This document shows positions 26,243 through 32,000 of a DNA stretch of 32,000 nt, in pieces. Source of the stretch: a virus. The number at the start of each line of letters is the position of its first letter. The stretch's first letter is position 1. The notes below the pieces were generated by a model. That model saw only the letters and a program-made list of their open reading frames with translations. It was not told the origin of the DNA and did no database searches. Where the stretch lies: the IMG/VR virus record IMGVR_UViG_3300045988_184159, positions 1-32,000 of that record; one strand, given 5' to 3'. The translations under genes were made by a program, and so were the position numbers.

Positions 26243-26318
26243 GGGTTGTTAGCTCAGTTGGCAGAGCAGCGGACTGTTAATCCGCGTGTCGCAGGTTCGA
26301 ATCCTGTACGACCCGCCA
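26243..26318 (+). tRNA. tRNA-Asn(GTT), second copy
   Basis: GCGGA-CTGTTAA-TCCGC; GGGTTGT/ACGACCC; CCA encoded. Confidence 0.92.
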
Positions 26319-26321
26319 TAT

Positions 26322-26393
26322 GTTCGAGTGGTGGAACGGCATACACGCTGGTCTAAGGAGCCGGTTTTGTGACCCCAGCTCCCACTTCGGACA
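26322..26393 (+). tRNA. Atypical tRNA-Leu-like gene, apparent anticodon AAG; 3' end uncertain (26393 or 26493)
   Basis: GTTCGAGTGGTGGAACGGCATACACG matches Leu D-arm of the neighbour; CTGGT-CTAAGGA-GCCGG; canonical T-loop missing. Confidence 0.5.
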
Positions 26394-26490
26394 GTCGCTC
26401 ATGATTGCAGCCTCCACGCGGCGAGCGACGGACAACAATCAGTGTAAAGCTGGTCGGCTAATGCTAAAGATTAAAACAAATCTCGCCTCG
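26394..26490 (+). ncRNA. Recurrent structured RNA module, copy 6
   Basis: Outer GTCGCTC/GAGCGAC; cap GCC-tccacgc-GGC; ATCAG/CTGGT then CGGCTAATG; AGATT/AATCT. Confidence 0.65.
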
Positions 26491-26578
26491 AACAATCGCT
26501 CACGATTTCCGCCGTGAGCACCAACAAAGCCTGTGCTTTGCAGAGCGTAGGCTCACATTTTTTAAGAGAGAGTTCCCA

Positions 26579-26761
26579 ATGAGCAAGCATCTACTAGGCT
26601 CAGACCGCGTCCTTCACGAAGGCGCTGGCTACCGTAACAAGTACACACTTAAAAGCCCCAAGCCTCCGGTTGGCAGGAGAGAGAACCCATCCAACTCGAA
26701 GCAAGAGGGTGTAGATGCAGTGTACATCCCCGATACCGCCAAATGGTGTAGCAAAAAGTAA
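26579..26761 (+). CDS. Small hypothetical protein
   Basis: AAGAGAGAG RBS-like; 60 aa ORF between RNA genes. Confidence 0.5.
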   Translation: MSKHLLGSDRVLHEGAGYRNKYTLKSPKPPVGRRENPSNSKQEGVDAVYIPDTAKWCSKK

Positions 26762-26772
26762 ACCACAAGTTG

Positions 26773-26800
26773 ATTGACCTACCACGCAGATGTGGTATAA
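26773..26800 (+). promoter_or_regulatory. Promoter
   Basis: TTGACC -16 nt- TATAAT with GTGG extended -10. Confidence 0.7.
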
Positions 26801-27064
26801 TGTAATCAGAACGAAACGAAAGGAGACAACCGAAGATGCTGTGCAAGACTGTTAATGCTGTGTCGTTTGCTGAGTATAGTTATGAATCTGAATTCGAGTC
26901 CTACGAATCCAGCTTTATTTCCCATACTCCTCGACAGGCAAAAACAGACCATGTACAGATGCGGTGCGTCTCTAAACGATAACTGCATTTTCACACGCTG
27001 CTTGTCGAGTCATTTCGGCAGGCAGCGTTTTTTGTTGCCTGCAATATAGAAAGGCAGCAAGAAA

Positions 27065-27286
27065 ATGAACGTTCCAACAATCGATATCCAGCAGACAGGT
27101 GCCAACATCAAGGCACTGCGAAAAGCGGCAGGCATCAAGGTCAAGGATGTGGCAGACACGCTCGGCGTATCCACGCAGGCGGTAGCCAAATGGCAGGCAG
27201 GCACAGCACTTCCTACCATCGACAATCTTGTGATTCTCGCCGCGATGCTCGATACGAAAATTGATGACATCCTTGTCATCGCATAA
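27065..27286 (+). CDS. XRE-family HTH protein
   Basis: GANIKALRKAAGIKVKDVADTLGVSTQAVAKWQAGTALPTIDNLVILAAML. Confidence 0.9.
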   Translation: MNVPTIDIQQTGANIKALRKAAGIKVKDVADTLGVSTQAVAKWQAGTALPTIDNLVILAAMLDTKIDDILVIA

Positions 27287-27315
27287 ACCCTCGCCGCAGG
27301 ATTGCGGCTATATAC

Positions 27316-27392
27316 GGCCGAATAGACGAATTGGTTAAGTCGCAAGCCCTTCACGCTTGAGAGTATGGGTTCAAGCCCCATTTCGGTCACCA
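27316..27392 (+). tRNA. tRNA-Glu(TTC)
   Basis: CAAGC-CCTTCAC-GCTTG; GGCCGAA/TTCGGTC; CCA. Confidence 0.92.
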
Positions 27393-27395
27393 TCT

Positions 27396-27471
27396 GCTTC
27401 TGTAGCTCAGTCGGTAGAGCAGTAGGTTGAAGCCCTATGTGTCGCTGGTTCGATTCCAGCCGGGAGCACCA
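27396..27471 (+). tRNA. tRNA-Phe(GAA)
   Basis: GTAGG-TTGAAGC-CCTAT; GCTTCTG/CGGGAGC; CCA. Confidence 0.9.
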
Positions 27472-27475
27472 TTAT

Positions 27476-27560
27476 GTGCCGGTATGCAAGTGGTTAAAGC
27501 AAGCGGTCTGTAAAACCGTTCCGTTATGGTTCACTGGTTCAAATCCAGTCCGGCACACCA
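27476..27560 (+). tRNA. tRNA-Tyr(GTA)
   Basis: GCGGT-CTGTAAA-ACCGT; long variable arm; CCA. Confidence 0.92.
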
Positions 27561-27563
27561 TAA

Positions 27564-27640
27564 GGCCCCTTCGACAAGTTGGTCCAAGTCACCACACTCT
27601 CAATGTGGAGTCAGCAGTTCGAGTCTGCTAGGGGTCACCA
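27564..27640 (+). tRNA. tRNA-Glu(CTC)
   Basis: CCACA-CTCTCAA-TGTGG; GGCCCCT/AGGGGTC; CCA. Confidence 0.88.
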
Positions 27641-27670
27641 ACATCGCACCTGTGTTAAAAGGTGCATCAT

Positions 27671-27789
27671 GCAGAGGTCGCCTAACGGTAGGGCAACGGA
27701 CCGCTAATCCGTCGCGAGGCAAAACGGCACTCACTACGAAGTGCCAATCAAACCCTCGCCTGCGAGTTCGAATCTCGCTCTCTGCGCCA
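27671..27789 (+). tRNA. tRNA-Ser(GCT) with expanded variable region
   Basis: CGGA-CCGCTAA-TCCG; GCAGAGG/TCTCTGC; T-arm GCGAGTTCGAATCTCGC; variable arm GCGAGG..CCTCGC enclosing GGCACT..AGTGCC. Confidence 0.85.
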
Positions 27790-27792
27790 TAT

Positions 27793-27880
27793 GCATGTGT
27801 GTCCGAGTGGCTGATGGAACTGGTCCAGAAAACCAGCGGTCAGAAATGGCCCGTAGGTTCGAATCCTACCACATGCGCCA
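27793..27880 (+). tRNA. tRNA-Ser(AGA)
   Basis: CTGGT-CCAGAAA-ACCAG; GCATGTG/CACATGC; CCA encoded. Confidence 0.8.
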
Positions 27881-27995
27881 TGAAAAGTCTCCATAGTCTG
27901 CGATTATTCGTGGATTTTGGAGACTTTTTCTTGTATAGCACCACAATTTATGGTATAATAGCAACAGAAAGCAACAAATAATAGAGTGTCAGAAA

Positions 27996-28232
27996 ATGCA
28001 AAAATACGATTTCATTACGAAGCAATATACCCCGTACACACCGGCTCAGGACGGACGCTATGACATCATGGCTCGTCCTAATGAAGGGCTCAATTGTGCT
28101 GCGTGCGGGCACATCATCAACGAATGCAACGCGTACACATCAGCAGCCATCCAGAACGATATTGGTTTAGGCTATCTAATTTGCAAGAACTGCTACGACT
28201 ACGAACTCGAAGTCAGAAAAACAGTAAAGTGA
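27996..28232 (+). CDS. Small zinc-binding-like protein
   Basis: CAACGHIINEC ... LICKNCYDYELE. Confidence 0.7.
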   Translation: MQKYDFITKQYTPYTPAQDGRYDIMARPNEGLNCAACGHIINECNAYTSAAIQNDIGLGYLICKNCYDYELEVRKTVK

Positions 28233-28373
28233 TGGCTCAGCCGCTTTCCATTAGGAGGCGGCTTTTTCTTTGCAAAAATATATGTACAATCTGTTACTAT
28301 CTGCTTATCTATGTTGTAAAAATTGCAATTTTATGGTATAATAAGAATTAGCAAAAAGAAAGGATTTTGCCGT

Positions 28374-29042
28374 ATGTACATTGATTTCACAAACAAGCAG
28401 TATTGTTTGATTCTCCACATCTTGGCAATTATGAAGCCGTTCTACAACAACGACTTTCACTCTATCTGCAAAGAAGTAGGGGAAGCATATGGCGTGGATG
28501 AAGATTCCATTATGAAGGCTTGTGCCACATTGACTGCTGTTAATGTGACAGCACCCGTCAAGAAGGCATATGACACCATTAGCTATGTTCTTGCTGCCAT
28601 CGCAAATGGCGCAAAAGAATTGAACGGTGACGACACTTACAAGTACAGAGTCGATTTGGATGCTCCTTGCTGGAATGCTGTAGCCAATGCTTTTGATGCT
28701 TACTCCCGTATTCTGATGGGTCAATTTGGCATTATCTATGAGACACTTGATATTTCCGGCGATGATAAGCATCACTTGCAGACATATCACGATGCTCGCT
28801 GGAGTGGGGTAGGTGTCATTGAAGCCCGTGACCTTCTGATTCCTCAGCTAAAAAAGATGAGGGTGGGCTGGAATGGGAACTTCGGCATTTCCAATTCCGA
28901 GCTTGCCTATAACAGCAAACTGTCTTATGAAGTCCTTAAAGCAATTCGTTTTGCCACTGAAAAGAGAGACGGCTCTGTTCTGAAAGTTACAGACGAGCCG
29001 TTGCCAAGAGTCGAAGGTGAGTGGCAAATCACGATGCTCTAA
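28374..29042 (+). CDS. Hypothetical protein
   Basis: 222 aa ORF preceded by TATAAT promoter and AAGGA. Confidence 0.75.
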   Translation: MYIDFTNKQYCLILHILAIMKPFYNNDFHSICKEVGEAYGVDEDSIMKACATLTAVNVTAPVKKAYDTISYVLAAIANGAKELNGDDTYKYRVDLDAPCWNAVANAFDAYSRILMGQFGIIYETLDISGDDKHHLQTYHDARWSGVGVIEARDLLIPQLKKMRVGWNGNFGISNSELAYNSKLSYEVLKAIRFATEKRDGSVLKVTDEPLPRVEGEWQITML

Positions 29043-29068
29043 AAAATAATTGGAGGTGCTTTTCCGAA

Positions 29069-29281
29069 ATGGGTGAACATATCATTTCGTTTCTTGACAT
29101 CTGCGCTATGCAGGGTCAACTCGTTCTGGCAGAAGCACCGTCCATCCCGGCTATCAACGATAAGATGGTGTACTGTACTGGCGCTCGCAAGCACGGCGAT
29201 GACCGCTATATCATCCTCGACGGGGAAGAGTACAGCCAAATTCACTTTGTTGACGGAACCATCAAGCTATATTGGCATTAA
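29069..29281 (+). CDS. Small hypothetical protein
   Basis: ORF with TGGAGG upstream. Confidence 0.65.
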   Translation: MGEHIISFLDICAMQGQLVLAEAPSIPAINDKMVYCTGARKHGDDRYIILDGEEYSQIHFVDGTIKLYWH

Positions 29282-29334
29282 GAGGCAGTACCATTGAATG
29301 AAGTCTGGAAGCCTGCAGAACAAAGGAGAACCAC

Positions 29335-29775
29335 ATGAAGGCAAACTACAAAGTCATCAACAACAAGCAGGTACAACTGCGCAAGGTCATCGAGGGATTC
29401 AAGCCCGATGATGTAGCGTCAGTCATTCTCTTCCGCTACAATGTCATGCAAGCATTAACCAGCCTCAATGATGACTGTACCGATTTTGAAGAAGCGGATA
29501 TGAAAGAAACTGCGACTGACCTCACGGAGTTCTTTGAGGATGCTGTAAACGAAGCTATCGATTCTTTTATCGACGAGGATAAAAGACCGAATATCAATTT
29601 TAATGGCACGGCAGACGAATTTCGCGAAGAACTCAACAACCTCGTTGTTGTCCTCCTCAGTAAGAACTTTGAGCATGAGTTCATTGAGTTCTCTGAGGCT
29701 ACCGGTATTAGCCGTGTACAATATGAGGCATTCGCCGCGAAATTCATGGCAGAAGCAAACACAGATAAACACTAA
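29335..29775 (+). CDS. Hypothetical acidic protein
   Basis: ORF with AAAGGAG RBS. Confidence 0.75.
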   Translation: MKANYKVINNKQVQLRKVIEGFKPDDVASVILFRYNVMQALTSLNDDCTDFEEADMKETATDLTEFFEDAVNEAIDSFIDEDKRPNINFNGTADEFREELNNLVVVLLSKNFEHEFIEFSEATGISRVQYEAFAAKFMAEANTDKH

Positions 29776-29796
29776 CATGAGGGGGGGGTACTTTCA

Positions 29797-30258
29797 TTGA
29801 CCACGCTGGAAAACGCACTCAAAATCAACAATGGAAAAGCAGTTCTTTTGAGCATCAAGAAAGAATGGCTCAGTAAAATCATGGCGGGCGAAAAGGTCAT
29901 GGAAGTCCGCAAATCTATGCCGTGGGAAATCAGCCACCCGTTTGTTGTCTTTTGCTATGAGACGAAAAGCAATGGCGGAGCAGGAAAAGTTGCAGCAGCA
30001 TTTATCTGCGACGATATCGACAGTCTTAACTGCCTGCAGAGCCTTGCGGTGTTTGACGACACGGAGCTGCCAAAAGAAACAGAAAAATTCGTAAACGAAA
30101 GCTGTCTGACATTCAAAGAATTGTTCGATTACGGAAAAAATGTCGGCGCTCTTTACGGCTGGCATGTAGCAAGCACGCAGCCTCTCGATAAGAAGCTCTC
30201 TGATTTTGGGTTGAAGCGCCCACCGCAGTCTTGGCAATATGTTCGTATCAGCGTATAA
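29797..30258 (+). CDS. ASCH/PUA-like domain protein
   Basis: LLSIKKEWLSKIMAGEKVMEVRKSMPWE ... LYGWHVAS. Confidence 0.65.
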   Translation: MTTLENALKINNGKAVLLSIKKEWLSKIMAGEKVMEVRKSMPWEISHPFVVFCYETKSNGGAGKVAAAFICDDIDSLNCLQSLAVFDDTELPKETEKFVNESCLTFKELFDYGKNVGALYGWHVASTQPLDKKLSDFGLKRPPQSWQYVRISV

Positions 30259-30266
30259 AGCATCTC

Positions 30267-30298
30267 ATGGGCAGAAAACTGCCCATATTTTTTTTGAG
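30267..30298 (+). terminator. Intrinsic terminator
   Basis: ATGGGCAGAAAACTGCCCATATTTTTTTT. Confidence 0.85.
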
Positions 30299-30348
30299 AT
30301 ATTGCCATAAATTACAATGTAAAGTATAATAACATTGTGAGGTGTACT

Positions 30349-31740
30349 ATGACTGTTAATGACATCATCCGTGAATCAAATACTATAAAACTATCCGACT
30401 TTGTTTGCCTTACAAGCATACAGACGCAAGAAGACATCAAAAAACTGACCAAGCAAGGATACGATGTAGGATATACCCAATCCGAATGGGAAAAAGAGTA
30501 TTCTCTTCCCGCAAACAAAATCTTTTATGCCAAGTCTATGTATTCTTCTGTTTACTATGTAGACTATAATAATACATCTTACCCTCTTATTTTCCCTCTA
30601 CAAATTTTTGGTAAGCAGCGCCTATCTCCCATTCCGAACGAAACAAACGAAGAATTCTGTGAATCCATTCGAAAACGCGTTGTAACATTCTCCAATTTGC
30701 ACGATAGTGCTCTTGCTACATACTTCCACAATCTCGGTGGCTATCTTGCCATTGATGCACTACAAGAATATGTTCGTCGGAACGAACCATCCGCTGAAAT
30801 GTTCAATGTTTTCTTCTCAGTCTATGAGGTGACTGACTTTGGCTGTGGTCGTTTTACCAACGAAGAGATGAAAAAGGTTATCTCCGGTATGGATGATACT
30901 GCTAAGACGAAACGCAGTAAAATTCTCCGAAAGCTGCCTGACGAAGTGACAATTTACCGTGGAGAAGCAGAAGCCAGCACTCCCTATACGACATCCTTCT
31001 CTTGGACAACCAACCCACGCATTGCCTATTTCTTTGCTTGCCGGTATTCTAACGGCTTCGCCAGAGTGATTACCGGAAAAGTAAAGAAAGATGACATCTT
31101 ATACACTCCAAACCGCTCCAATGAAAAAGAGGTTCTCGTGTTTCCAGAGAAAGTATATGACATTTCTATTGAAGAGCAGTTTTCTCCTCAAGATGTCGTA
31201 CCATCTATTACAGAGGAAGACCTTGACCTGTATTATCAGTGGCGAAGTAAGGTAAACGCGCTCTACTGCTTACCTACATCCAGTGAGCACGATGCTCTTC
31301 ACACGATTCGTGTCCTCCTATTGGCAATCCTCATTGTTCAAGAAGAATATATCGAACTGGACGATGACGCAATGCATCAGTTGTTGGAAGCTATCACCTA
31401 TCACGACATTGGCAGAAAAAATGACAGTGAAGACCCAAAGCATGGCGAAGATAGCGTAAAAATCTACAAGCTGAACCACACAGACCCTACCGTGGAGTTT
31501 CTCATTCAATATCATTGCATCGATGATAAGAAGGCATTAAAAATTCTTGAAAGCAACAAAACAATTGAAAACAAGGAAAACGCATTGACGCTCTACAAAA
31601 TCATGAAAGATGCCGATGCACTTGACCGTGTTCGTTTTGGACTCATGGACTTGGACGAAAGGTACTTGCGCTTTAACGCAAGCAAACAGCTTGTCCTTAC
31701 CGCAAAGGTTTGCTTGGAATCTATCACCGATGGCAAATGA
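30349..31740 (+). CDS. Putative ADP-ribosyltransferase-like domain fused to HD phosphohydrolase-like domain
   Basis: TIYRGE ... TTSFSWTTNPRIAYFFACRY ... NEKEVLVFPEKVYD (R, STS-like, ExE); then HDALHTIRVLLLAIL ... EAITYHDIGRKND ... MKDADALDRVRFGLMDLD. Confidence 0.6.
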   Translation: MTVNDIIRESNTIKLSDFVCLTSIQTQEDIKKLTKQGYDVGYTQSEWEKEYSLPANKIFYAKSMYSSVYYVDYNNTSYPLIFPLQIFGKQRLSPIPNETNEEFCESIRKRVVTFSNLHDSALATYFHNLGGYLAIDALQEYVRRNEPSAEMFNVFFSVYEVTDFGCGRFTNEEMKKVISGMDDTAKTKRSKILRKLPDEVTIYRGEAEASTPYTTSFSWTTNPRIAYFFACRYSNGFARVITGKVKKDDILYTPNRSNEKEVLVFPEKVYDISIEEQFSPQDVVPSITEEDLDLYYQWRSKVNALYCLPTSSEHDALHTIRVLLLAILIVQEEYIELDDDAMHQLLEAITYHDIGRKNDSEDPKHGEDSVKIYKLNHTDPTVEFLIQYHCIDDKKALKILESNKTIENKENALTLYKIMKDADALDRVRFGLMDLDERYLRFNASKQLVLTAKVCLESITDGK

Positions 31741-31919
31741 AGCGTAGCTGCTTCCTGTGGCAGGGAAGCGTAGCTAAATGAGGCTCATTGCCGCGTAGCC
31801 AGCAACAAATTATGAACATTTCTTGTCTTTTTGCGTTTCATCCTTTCTTTTTGTTGAAATTTGTGGTATAATGACAATGAAAAATAAAAATACAATTTCT
31901 TTAAATAGGAAGTGATTTT

Positions 31920-32000
31920 ATGAATTCTACCGAACAAGAAGTAGTACATAAACGGAAACTGAAAACCAAGATTATTTTAATTGTTCTCGCAATTCTTGCT
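31920..32000 (+). CDS. 5' end of a putative membrane or secreted protein (runs off window)
   Basis: AGGAAG upstream, MNSTEQEVVHKRKLKTKIILIVLAILA; TATAAT at 31867-31872. Confidence 0.6.
   Translation, partial: MNSTEQEVVHKRKLKTKIILIVLAILA

Noticed and set aside
20373-26460. Recurrent modules as group I introns
   Set aside because: I could not find the conserved group I core (P7 GACUA/UAGUC-type pairing) and most copies lie between intact tRNAs, not inside them.
31741-31800. Short repeated GAAGCGTAGCT/CGCGTAGC text after the ART-HD gene
   Set aside because: Only two or three imperfect copies, with no structure or context that supports a specific function.
1-32000. CRISPR array
   Set aside because: No regularly spaced direct repeats of 23-45 nt with unique spacers were seen; the repeats in the array are covarying structured elements at irregular spacing.

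Overview
This 32 kb window looks like part of a large mobile genome (phage or phage-plasmid) from a gut Firmicute. Identity is inferred from gene style, not from a search. Three regions: (1) 0.1-20.1 kb is a dense + strand gene cluster of mostly small uncharacterised proteins, with a radical SAM protein, paired HTH proteins, AAA+ and zinc-ribbon proteins, a complete IscB-type RNA-guided nuclease with a structured ~340 nt upstream region (probable omega/HEARO RNA) bracketed by two matching hairpins, a PAPS-reductase-like protein, and a three-gene cassette (749 aa unknown protein, MoxR-like AAA+, vWA protein). (2) 20.1-27.9 kb is a tRNA array of about 20 tRNAs plus a tmRNA, with long structured gaps. 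These gaps carry a recurrent RNA module that I find in six copies, with compensatory changes in two helices and a fixed RCC-(7 nt)-GGY cap. I do not recognise it as a known family. (3) 27.9-32 kb holds small genes, an ASCH-like protein and an apparent ADP-ribosyltransferase + HD fusion. Main candidates for novelty are the six-copy module, the IscB element and its hairpin ends, the unknown-protein/MoxR/vWA triad, and the ART-HD fusion. All family calls come from reading sequence motifs; no searches or folding programs were run.
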